Origin: a virus
Strand: one strand, 5' to 3'
IMG/VR virus record: IMGVR_UViG_3300010346_000749
Location: 1-64,000 of that record
DNA length: 64,000 nt
A model generated the notes under the pieces. It searched no databases. It was not told the DNA's origin and worked only from the letters and a program-made list of their open reading frames with translations. A program made the position numbers and the translations under genes. How positions within the stretch are numbered: the first letter of the stretch is position 1; each line of letters begins with the position of its first letter. Shown here piece after piece: positions 45,332-53,940 of this stretch.

Positions 45332-47107
45332 ATGGCTGAAATTGTAAAAGTTTCAAATACAATGGAAGAATTACGACTTCTATTAAATAAATTCTTTGGT
45401 AATTATTTTAATGATTCGACATTCCCATTAGACGACGGGATTATGACAATTACTTATAATCCAACATCCAAATTAGCTGAATTGAAAATCAATATTAATG
45501 GAACTCCTGTTTCTTTAATTCAAAAAAATGTTGAAAATAATACAATTGAATTTCCATTTCCAATCAAGGCTGAAGAATTGGAAGTTGATAGATTAGTTGT
45601 TAAAGAACAGATCAATCAAAAAGAAGTTGAATTTTTAAAAATACAAGATAAAGAAATTATTCTAAACGATGGATTAACAGGAAATAATGATTTGAGTGCC
45701 ATTGGTAATGCTATGATTTCTGTTAATCGTGGTTCATTACCAAAAGTAAGTATGAAATGGAATGAAATTACAAACACTTTTGAATTTACCAATGATGGTG
45801 TTAATTTCAGTCCTTTCTTAACAAAAAATGCTAATGGATATGATTTTACAAAATCCAATGGTATTGTTCTCAAGATTGACACTGGATTGAAAATTGAGAA
45901 TACGTCTTTTCAATTGGTTTTCAAAAGTGGTCAATGGTATATCACTGATAATGTTAATGGTGAATTTCCGTTAGTCCCTTCTGCATCACAAAAGTTTGCT
46001 ACACAACAAGAAGTAAATACAGGTGTTGTAAATGATAAATCTGTTGCACCAAACACACTAAAAGTTTATGTTCAAAATCAAATTCAAACTGCTGTAGATA
46101 ATCTACCTGATCCTCCTACAGTTCCAACATTTGCTGATAATGCAGAATCTTTGGCGGGAACAGTAGATAATAAAATTATTTCTCCAAAGACATTGAAACA
46201 TGTTCTTGACAATACGGTTGTATCTGGTGGTGGCGGAAGTTCATATATTACTCTTCTTCATACTTCTAATACGTTGGAAACATTGTCTAATGAATATAAT
46301 ATCATGGCTGTTGGCTATTTCATTTCTCAAAAGTCTAGACATTCACAGACATTAAAATTGTATCTTGAAAGATTTAATACATTCAAACGTTCGAATCGTT
46401 TACATTCCGATGGAGCCGTTACTTCATCAACTCCAGTGCCACAATCTGATATTAAAATTACTGTTGAAGATTCTGATGGCCATATTATTACAGTGGAAGA
46501 AAACAATATTGACATAATGAGTGGTTCAGATTTAATCTATAAGATTTATGAATTGAATTGTAATACTTTGAATGATAAAGATTTGTGGACTATTAAAATT
46601 TATGGCAAAACTAATAATTCACTTTCTGAAACAATCTATCTAAATATTGCTAGATGTAAATTGTATTCAGTTCCTTCTTATGACTGTTCTGTCAATGGTA
46701 TGATAACCGTATCTCCTAAAATTGATTTCAATAATGTTGGTTCATATCAATTAGTAGATACAAAATATGTTTTAGCACATCAATTTTTTGGTGATGCAAA
46801 TGCTGCTCTTGAATTTGTCTGTAAATTGAATTATTATATCAGTCATGTTCTTTCTAACGATACACAATTTGATCCTATTGTGAAAGTTCTTGTTAAAGCT
46901 GAACATCCAGCTACAAAAGAAATAATTATAGAATCAATTGAAATGAATGTGAAAAATAATAAATCAGGCAAAATTTCTATTGGTAGAATACCATATCCTG
47001 ATGCTCCTGCTTCATATTTAACAGTTGAAATATATGTTAAAAATAATATTTTGCCATTACAAGGGTATGTCGAATTGGAGCATTATGAATTAAGGATGTT
47101 GAGTTAA
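45332..47107 (+). CDS. tail fibre protein
   Basis: 591 aa with two copies of the fibre-type repeat (ATQQEVNTGVVNDKSVAPNTLK and ADNAESLAGTVDNKIISPKTLK); RBS GGGAG. Confidence 0.65.
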   Translation: MAEIVKVSNTMEELRLLLNKFFGNYFNDSTFPLDDGIMTITYNPTSKLAELKININGTPVSLIQKNVENNTIEFPFPIKAEELEVDRLVVKEQINQKEVEFLKIQDKEIILNDGLTGNNDLSAIGNAMISVNRGSLPKVSMKWNEITNTFEFTNDGVNFSPFLTKNANGYDFTKSNGIVLKIDTGLKIENTSFQLVFKSGQWYITDNVNGEFPLVPSASQKFATQQEVNTGVVNDKSVAPNTLKVYVQNQIQTAVDNLPDPPTVPTFADNAESLAGTVDNKIISPKTLKHVLDNTVVSGGGGSSYITLLHTSNTLETLSNEYNIMAVGYFISQKSRHSQTLKLYLERFNTFKRSNRLHSDGAVTSSTPVPQSDIKITVEDSDGHIITVEENNIDIMSGSDLIYKIYELNCNTLNDKDLWTIKIYGKTNNSLSETIYLNIARCKLYSVPSYDCSVNGMITVSPKIDFNNVGSYQLVDTKYVLAHQFFGDANAALEFVCKLNYYISHVLSNDTQFDPIVKVLVKAEHPATKEIIIESIEMNVKNNKSGKISIGRIPYPDAPASYLTVEIYVKNNILPLQGYVELEHYELRMLS

Positions 47108-48184
47108 ATGAGTAATAGTAATGGATTCTTAGAATTAACAGATTTTAATTATTATAATATGATGAGACTGGGGCAGGCGAACTCCATCTGCAACAGGCGG
47201 GTGCATGCGCCGGCGCAGGTGTTCGGCGTTATGGACACAGGGACGCGCAGCGTCAACGGAGCCGGTTTGGAGTGGATCGACGAAAACGGAAACATCATCA
47301 CGCTGACCAAGGCGGACTTCGACGCACACCCCGCATTCAACTTCCCAGAGGTAATTGTGGGCGGAAACAGTTTCCGAAGCATTCCCATCGCCTACTGGAA
47401 GCGCGGCATAGGGCCGATCGGAAGCCACGCGGCTGGCAAATGGTGTATGTGGATCTCCGACGTTCCCCTCGACGGCTTCACCGCGAATCCGGGGGCGTTT
47501 AAGAGAAATGGGTCATGGCTCGATCGGTTCTTGTTGGGAACCTACAGGGCATTCAATAACGGCGGCGCGCCCGGTAGTCAGCCGGGAAAAACGCATTGGG
47601 GCAACGTGAGTTGGCAGGCGTTTAAAGACGCGGCCGCTGGGATCGGCGAAGGTCATCACATGATCAGTCTCCAGGAATGGCACGAGATCCTCGGCAGAGC
47701 CGTAATTGAGCAAAAAACCTTCCAGCTCGTACCGGAGGCAAGCCGCCAGAACGCTTCGCTGTGCAAGTATAGAGGCATAGAAGAATTTGCGTTTGACGGC
47801 TCGTACGGCTCGACGCACGCCGAATGGATGGACGGTGCGCGAACAGACGCAAGTGGGAAGTACGAGCTTTGGACTGAAGCAGGCGGGGATTACTCCTCGA
47901 CCGGAGTGACGTGCCCGCAGGACAGCGCGAGCGAAGCGACCTACTACAATCAAGGGCTTGTCACCGGCGGACTTTTCGATCATCTTTTCCTTGGGGCCTC
48001 CCTCGGTCCGGCATCTACGAGCTTTATCCCGGACTTCTCTGGGCGGAATCCGGGGCTCGTCGGCCGCATTTGCCGCTCGCACTTCTACGTCGGTCACGCG
48101 AGCAACGGTGCTTTCCACTCGTACTTCAGCGACTTGCCGTCGCTCGTCGACGCGAAGATCGGGTCCCGCCTCGCGAAGTGGTAA
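47108..48184 (+). CDS. receptor-binding-type protein with C-type-lectin/FGE-like fold, encoded by a G+C-rich insert
   Basis: 358 aa. The first 19 codons are AT-rich like the phage and the rest is abruptly G+C-rich. VSWQAFKDAAAGIGEGHHMISLQEWHEIL fits the FGE/CLec core W-x-x-A-x(7)-G-x-x-L-x-x-x-x-EW. The C-terminal IGSRLAKW resembles the GFR ending of DGR variable proteins. Confidence 0.6.
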   Translation: MSNSNGFLELTDFNYYNMMRLGQANSICNRRVHAPAQVFGVMDTGTRSVNGAGLEWIDENGNIITLTKADFDAHPAFNFPEVIVGGNSFRSIPIAYWKRGIGPIGSHAAGKWCMWISDVPLDGFTANPGAFKRNGSWLDRFLLGTYRAFNNGGAPGSQPGKTHWGNVSWQAFKDAAAGIGEGHHMISLQEWHEILGRAVIEQKTFQLVPEASRQNASLCKYRGIEEFAFDGSYGSTHAEWMDGARTDASGKYELWTEAGGDYSSTGVTCPQDSASEATYYNQGLVTGGLFDHLFLGASLGPASTSFIPDFSGRNPGLVGRICRSHFYVGHASNGAFHSYFSDLPSLVDAKIGSRLAKW

Positions 48185-48417
48185 TTCGGCCTTGGGATCT
48201 CGACTTTCTTTCCACCATTCTGCCGCTCGTCGTACATGAGATTGGACATTGGCTCGTGGCCCGGACACAGGCTGTGCTTCCATTTCGGTTGGGGCGCCTG
48301 CTCGGCGTGAGGCCTGCCACGTGTCCTGTGGACGATGCCGCCATGACCGTCACAGACGTGGAAGCGATGCATACAGCGGGGCACAATCATATAAGTAATA
48401 TAAAAATTTATAATTTT

Positions 48418-48437
48418 AACGAACGGGAAAACTACCA
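48418..48437 (+). repeat. copy of the 5' end of the structured intergenic element at the right edge of the G+C-rich insert
   Basis: ATAATTTTAACGAACGGGAAAACTACCA (48410-48437) matches ATAATTTTAGCGAACGGGAAAACTACCA at 12146-12173. Confidence 0.6.
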
Positions 48438-48448
48438 CATTTTGGCAC

Positions 48449-48685
48449 GTGAGTACATCTCCAGTGGCGGCCACAGTCTGGCTATCTGTTTATCGGGCTA
48501 CGACATTCGCCACAAACAAGGTTCGATTACAAACAAGAAATGCATACCCCGAGTGGCGGTTTATAAATGCAGAATTGTCAGTGAGTGTAAATACGACAAA
48601 TGGCATAGATGGTGATTGGATTACTATAAAAACAGGTATATCCATGAATGCGACGGCTGGTGGATGGATTGATATAGACATTTGA
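48449..48685 (+). CDS. beta-sandwich-like gene fragment (possible displaced C-terminus)
   Basis: 78-codon frame with GTG start, intermediate G+C; ...YPEWRFINAELSVSVNTTNGIDGDWITIKTG...GGWIDIDI resembles the end of a discoidin-type domain. Confidence 0.35.
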   Translation: MSTSPVAATVWLSVYRATTFATNKVRLQTRNAYPEWRFINAELSVSVNTTNGIDGDWITIKTGISMNATAGGWIDIDI

Positions 48686-48777
48686 TTAAATTTAGAAATA
48701 GACCCTTAAACATTGTTATCGTAAAATCTTAAAAATGAGAATTTTTAAACTGTATAATCAAAGGAGGTTGATTAAAA

Positions 48778-49290
48778 ATGTCAATTCGTGATGGTTTTAT
48801 TTCATCTTCTGTGATGGAGGTGTTGTTGCGGCAACCGAAGGTGGATGTTTCGAAGGTGGAAGTTTCATCTGTTTTTCCCCCTGTTATTGATTTTCAATTT
48901 TACTGCACTGGTGCATCCAGAACTTCTAATTATTGTGTAGAGTGTAGTCATGATGGTATCAACTGGACAAACATCAGCGGAGACAAAACGAGTCTTGTTC
49001 CTCTGACGTGGGCCTGGGCGGGGACTGGTGGCTTCCCCGCGACTTCGGCTCGTTTTTGGAGGTTAAGGGTTAAAGGATCACCCGTTTTAGGCGGGACTTG
49101 GAAAACAGAACTACGATTGCTATTGGAAGATGGGAATGGCTATACGCCAACCTTGGCACAATTATCAGAAGTAGGGATTACATATAACACTGGGTTCAAT
49201 AAATCACATCTAGTGAATGGAAACTTGGACGAAAATGTGTTTTATACTGGAACAACCAATATGACTATCACCATTGATTTAGAAGCATAA
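48778..49290 (+). CDS. discoidin (F5/8 type C)-like carbohydrate-binding protein
   Basis: 170 aa, RBS AAAGGAGG; ...SHDGINWTNISGD...SARFWRLRVKG... is the pattern also seen as NLNWSLAAG...KYWRFRVE in 49431-52871. Confidence 0.5.
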   Translation: MSIRDGFISSSVMEVLLRQPKVDVSKVEVSSVFPPVIDFQFYCTGASRTSNYCVECSHDGINWTNISGDKTSLVPLTWAWAGTGGFPATSARFWRLRVKGSPVLGGTWKTELRLLLEDGNGYTPTLAQLSEVGITYNTGFNKSHLVNGNLDENVFYTGTTNMTITIDLEA

Positions 49291-49370
49291 AGGGAGCGTG
49301 AAAACATGGCACGAGTTTCAAACGTTTCAACCACGGTTATCAGCGCCATCAAAAACTATTCATTCATCTG

Positions 49371-49407
49371 ATATAGGCATCAAATATTGGTGCCTATATC
49401 AATTTTT
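49371..49407 (+). terminator. intrinsic terminator-like hairpin
   Basis: ATATAGGCA-TCAAATATTGG-TGCCTATAT followed by CAATTTTT. Confidence 0.55.
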
Positions 49408-49430
49408 AACAAAATGAAAGAAGTGATAAA

Positions 49431-52400
49431 ATGAATTTAAATGGATTAAAATTCTATGATCATTCACCAGATAAATTGAATTCATTTTTACGTGAAAATT
49501 ATTTACATGGGAAAAATATTGAACATGATATTCCCATTGTAGAAGATGATCCCTATAAGATAACGAGCGATACAGTTTTTCTTTTGAAGTTGAATAACAC
49601 AAGAACAGATGAATGTGGAAATATTTGGACATTTTCTGTTCCACAAACATTTGCCGCAACCCCGTTGCCACCTATTAGTGGGATTACTCATGTATTAAAT
49701 TATTCAACATTCAATAGTAGCTATGTTGAATGTACAAGTTTAGCAGGAAATGCTATTGGAACAGGTGATTTCACTGTTGATTTTTGGGCATATACTTCTG
49801 GCCAAACTCCGGATTTTTACCCTTTTACCTGTATTGGTCATTATAGTGGACCAAATCATAGTGGATCATTAGTAAATAGATTTGGTTCAGTATTTTATTC
49901 TAATGGATATGGTCTTTGGTGTGAACGTACAAAAGCAAAAAATCTTAATCATTGGAGGATGTTGTCAGGATGGCATCATTATGCTATTGTCAGAAGATCA
50001 GGAGTCGGATATCTCTATAGAGATGGAATTGAACTAGAACAAATTGCTGATTATACTTTTTCGGCTTTATCTGGATTTTCGTTCGGAGCTTATTCAACCG
50101 ATGTTCTTGAACCTGTTTTATTAAGTCATTATCGTCTTTCTAGAACAGCATTATGGAATGCCAATTTTGTTCCTCCTGGCGTTAAGGTTCAAGGAAAAGA
50201 ATATGCTCCTACTAAATTCGGAATGTCATATAGTGGCAGTTCAACTGCAAATGAAGTTTGGTGTGTTGAATATTCGGATGATAATCTAAATTGGTCTTTA
50301 GCTGCAGGAAGATTTAAACCAAATCAAGCTGGTTGGAATTACATAACATGTCCTAATTATGGGAATAAGAAATACTGGAGATTTAGAGTGGAAACACAAT
50401 CGAATGGTGAATATCTGAATGAGGTTTCAATTGGAAACGGACAGAAAAAACAACATGTGAATAAAAGAGGGCCATGGAAAGCTTTTAAGATTGTTGGTAT
50501 GTCTCAATATCATACCACCAACAACTGTTATTATATTCAAAACGGAGAAACGCAATGGATAGAAACCGCTGGTGGAACTACTCAATGCACAGGTGGAACT
50601 CCTTTTGCTTCTAGTAATGATAAATATGATCCAATTGCAAAAGCATTTGACTCATACATATCAACGTATTGGTTAACACAAGCCTCAGCTTCACCATCAG
50701 AAATTACGGCAGGATATATTCTCTCAACACCAAAGAAACTTTATTCGATCAAGCTATACCCGAGGGGTAACTGCTCTTGTATGAATTGGAAAAATTTTAG
50801 TATTTATGGAAGTAATGATACAACAAACGGAACTGATGGGACGTGGTATTTATTATTAGATAATCAAACAACTTCATCGACAGTCGATGAATGGTCGGAA
50901 CACATTATTCCTGATGTTATTATTCCTGATGTTATTGGCTTTACCTATTCTCTTTCAACAGACTGGATAACATCAAATATTTCTGGAACTCTAGCAAATC
51001 TAATAGATGGAACAACTGGAACAACACAGGCGGTTTGTCAAAATCAGCCCGTTAATACCCACATAACATTTGATTTTTCTCAACAAATTTTTCCAACTGA
51101 AGCAACAATTACAGAATGGAGTAAACTGAAACACACGAACAAACTCAAATACTGGTGGCCATTGAATGATAAACCAGACGAGGTTATGCAATATCTAAGG
51201 TGTCTGGTTCATGGGACTGTTCCATTTGATCAAGATTATGGTGCTCAATTTTCAAATGAAACCTGTATCACTACTGATATTTTAACGATGCCAACAAAAC
51301 TAACACTTCTCTGGTGGATGAGACCAGATTCAACAATGTTCAATTCTGGCAATATTACCGATCCTATTGGTGCACCATCTGGAAGTGCTACAACTGGTTA
51401 TCATTGGGGCCCAAGGTATGAAGCAGCAGGAAATCTTGTTCAATTCAATGGTGGCACTTCATGGCCTACAAATTCATCCGAATTTAACACAACAAACTAT
51501 CCTACAACTAGACTAACACTTTGTGCCTTGGTCTTGAATAGAAACGGGTCATCTTCGACAGTTTCATACTATCGAGCTAATTCAACAAATACTGCTATGG
51601 TTCAAGTAGGATCAACTACTACTTACACTGATGCTACTCCTAGAACTCTCTTTTCTATTGGGATGTCAGAAAGACTAGCTGTAAATCTTGTAGATCAAGT
51701 TAAACATTTCAATGGATATATTAGAGATGTCAGAATTTATGAAAGAATTCTTTCCTTGGCCGACATTGAACTGATACGAGCTGCTGGCCCAGTAAATGAT
51801 TTCATTTCAGAAACAGAAGAACCATTAGATTCATATAAGTGTATTAAATTTCTTGGGACGTATAATACAACTAATGATGGTTGTGGAATGAATGAAATTG
51901 AAATTCTTCCTGTAGTTGGTGGTACTGATCAGTGTGAAGGTGGAACTATTTTAAGTAGTGGAGATTTACCAAATTATAGTAAAGAATTCACATTTGATGA
52001 TTTGATAGGATCGCCAACACAAGTTTGGTATGGCCCGAATAGTGGAACTTCTGCCTGGATTGCATATAAAAAAGATGCCGGTATTATTCCAAAAGTTATA
52101 AGATTTTATGGTGAAAACTGGGGCGACCCAACAAGATACCAATTCAAGAATATGCAAATCCTTGGAAGTAATAACACGACGACTGGTTATGATGGAGATT
52201 GGGAAATACTTGGGAATACTGGTAAAGTATATCATCAAGAATGGAAGAATTACACTATTATTAAAAGAAAAACATTAGCATTTTCTTTTGATTCCTTTTT
52301 AATTCACAAATGGTTATTGACAAACAATGGTAATGATGCTATTGGTAATTGGAATTTTCCTAGGAATTTTGTTAATAATGGAGCAGTCTCTTTTGGTAGT

Positions 52401-52871
52401 GATGGTGCTGTATTTAGTGGATCAAATTATTTAAATCTAGCTTCTATTACATTGCCAACAGCTTTTACAATTTGTGGATGGGTTAAAATTAATACATCTG
52501 CCACTTACAATAATATATTCGGATTAGTTGATTCTCGAGAAATGACTTATGCATTTGAAAATGGCGTTGCAAGACACCAATGTTGTGGCATTGAAGTTAA
52601 TACGACAGGCACAATAACTCTTTCAAATTGGACATTTATAGCTATGGGAACTAATGGAACAAATTTAACATTTAAATTTTTCAATGGTTCATATTGGTCT
52701 TCAACTTCTGTTGGTGCAATAAGAACATATTCAAATTGGCAAGTTGGTCGAGGTTTTTGGGTTGCTAATGATTATTTAAGAGGAAATGTAAAAGACCTTC
52801 GAATATATTCATCTTGTCTTACATCAGACAACTTAATACAGATACTATTAGCTGGCCCAAGTTTAAATTAA
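49431..52871 (+). CDS. multi-lectin-domain fibre/receptor-binding protein (LamG-like and discoidin-like modules)
   Basis: 1146 aa; three LamG-type segments (for example FTVDFWAYTS...WHHYAIVRRSGVGYLYRDG, and GYIRDVRIYERILSLADIELI) interleaved with discoidin-type segments. Confidence 0.6.
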   Translation: MNLNGLKFYDHSPDKLNSFLRENYLHGKNIEHDIPIVEDDPYKITSDTVFLLKLNNTRTDECGNIWTFSVPQTFAATPLPPISGITHVLNYSTFNSSYVECTSLAGNAIGTGDFTVDFWAYTSGQTPDFYPFTCIGHYSGPNHSGSLVNRFGSVFYSNGYGLWCERTKAKNLNHWRMLSGWHHYAIVRRSGVGYLYRDGIELEQIADYTFSALSGFSFGAYSTDVLEPVLLSHYRLSRTALWNANFVPPGVKVQGKEYAPTKFGMSYSGSSTANEVWCVEYSDDNLNWSLAAGRFKPNQAGWNYITCPNYGNKKYWRFRVETQSNGEYLNEVSIGNGQKKQHVNKRGPWKAFKIVGMSQYHTTNNCYYIQNGETQWIETAGGTTQCTGGTPFASSNDKYDPIAKAFDSYISTYWLTQASASPSEITAGYILSTPKKLYSIKLYPRGNCSCMNWKNFSIYGSNDTTNGTDGTWYLLLDNQTTSSTVDEWSEHIIPDVIIPDVIGFTYSLSTDWITSNISGTLANLIDGTTGTTQAVCQNQPVNTHITFDFSQQIFPTEATITEWSKLKHTNKLKYWWPLNDKPDEVMQYLRCLVHGTVPFDQDYGAQFSNETCITTDILTMPTKLTLLWWMRPDSTMFNSGNITDPIGAPSGSATTGYHWGPRYEAAGNLVQFNGGTSWPTNSSEFNTTNYPTTRLTLCALVLNRNGSSSTVSYYRANSTNTAMVQVGSTTTYTDATPRTLFSIGMSERLAVNLVDQVKHFNGYIRDVRIYERILSLADIELIRAAGPVNDFISETEEPLDSYKCIKFLGTYNTTNDGCGMNEIEILPVVGGTDQCEGGTILSSGDLPNYSKEFTFDDLIGSPTQVWYGPNSGTSAWIAYKKDAGIIPKVIRFYGENWGDPTRYQFKNMQILGSNNTTTGYDGDWEILGNTGKVYHQEWKNYTIIKRKTLAFSFDSFLIHKWLLTNNGNDAIGNWNFPRNFVNNGAVSFGSDGAVFSGSNYLNLASITLPTAFTICGWVKINTSATYNNIFGLVDSREMTYAFENGVARHQCCGIEVNTTGTITLSNWTFIAMGTNGTNLTFKFFNGSYWSSTSVGAIRTYSNWQVGRGFWVANDYLRGNVKDLRIYSSCLTSDNLIQILLAGPSLN

Positions 52872-52893
52872 TTATTAAGGTGGTATAATAAAA

Positions 52894-53334
52894 ATGTCAA
52901 GAATTTCAATTTCAAATATAAATATGATTGCTCCTGCAGGATCAACGGTAAACAAATCTATTGCAACAAACAATAGTTCTGCTTTACAGTATATTGCTTC
53001 TAGTGATGGCCCCTCTTTGGATATTTCTGATGTTGTGAGTGGGTGTTTAAATATTGGATTTCAATTTAGTGTCGCTCCTACTGCTGATTCAAAATTAACA
53101 TTTTATGCTTTATATTCTAATGATGATGTCCATTATGACAATAGTGCAAATGTTGCCAATTTGGTGAAACTTGGAGAAATTGTTTTGGCTGCAAATACAA
53201 ATCAAATTTATACAGTAATTCCTTTGGATGGTAAACTTTTTAATAAGAATATGAGATTGGTATTTACGTGTAATGCTACTGCTGGCACGGGCGTTATTAA
53301 TAGGTTAATTGCAACTCTTAAAAAATTGATTTAA
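52894..53334 (+). CDS. hypothetical protein
   Basis: 146-aa ORF, RBS AAGGTGG. Confidence 0.6.
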   Translation: MSRISISNINMIAPAGSTVNKSIATNNSSALQYIASSDGPSLDISDVVSGCLNIGFQFSVAPTADSKLTFYALYSNDDVHYDNSANVANLVKLGEIVLAANTNQIYTVIPLDGKLFNKNMRLVFTCNATAGTGVINRLIATLKKLI

Positions 53335-53346
53335 GGATATGGTATC

Positions 53347-53859
53347 ATGTCCAATGAAATTGCTTTCAGAACAGAAGTATTCTTTAATAGAGGATACAGT
53401 AATAAAATAGAATTTACAAAAGAAGAATTTGAACAATTATCTCAACAATATCCTGATGCTTTTAAACCAATTGAATTACCACCAGAACAACCATCTATTG
53501 AAGTTTTAATAAATAGAAAAATGGAAGAGATTATGAGTGGTTTTCAAAATGAAATAGAAAATGTTGGTGTTATGACTTCACTTGGTATTAGAATGAAATT
53601 TAGAGAGGTTGACATATCAGCCGTTGATGGAATGGTAAGATATTCACAAAAGATTGGAATGGATAAATGTTTAATGATTGTAGATGCAGATGGAAAAGAA
53701 TATCACAATCATTTTACATTACAAGAAGGGGAATTATTAAATATTGAAATGTTTACAGCTCAATTAAAGGCTTATCAAAAGTTGAAGGAAATTAAAAGTT
53801 TAATTGGTCAAATTCAACAAACTGGTGATATAAAAGAACTTAATAAAATAAAGTGGTAA
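53347..53859 (+). CDS. hypothetical protein
   Basis: 170-aa ORF followed by a strong terminator. Confidence 0.6.
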   Translation: MSNEIAFRTEVFFNRGYSNKIEFTKEEFEQLSQQYPDAFKPIELPPEQPSIEVLINRKMEEIMSGFQNEIENVGVMTSLGIRMKFREVDISAVDGMVRYSQKIGMDKCLMIVDADGKEYHNHFTLQEGELLNIEMFTAQLKAYQKLKEIKSLIGQIQQTGDIKELNKIKW

Positions 53860-53863
53860 TAGA

Positions 53864-53893
53864 AGACGGCTCAATGAGCCGTCTTTTTATTTT
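53864..53893 (+). terminator. intrinsic terminator closing the virion module
   Basis: AGACGGCTC-AAT-GAGCCGTCT followed by TTTTATTTT. Confidence 0.8.
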
Positions 53894-53940
53894 ATAACTT
53901 AATAATAGAGATTCCGACATGAAAAGAGGAGAAATAATGA

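Noticed and set aside
48185-48417. Looked for a DGR template repeat or avd-like gene directly downstream of the candidate variable region
   Set aside because: No segment in the window resembles 48040-48184 with adenine-specific differences. No reverse transcriptase motifs were seen in any ORF. DGR status stays hypothetical.
47135-48681. Many long ORFs on both strands inside the G+C-rich insert (for example 47513-48283 minus, 47911-48615 plus, 48094-48474 minus)
   Set aside because: G+C-rich DNA lacks stop codons in all frames. These ORFs have Arg/Pro/Ala-rich nonsense-like sequences and overlap the one frame that has recognisable fold motifs.
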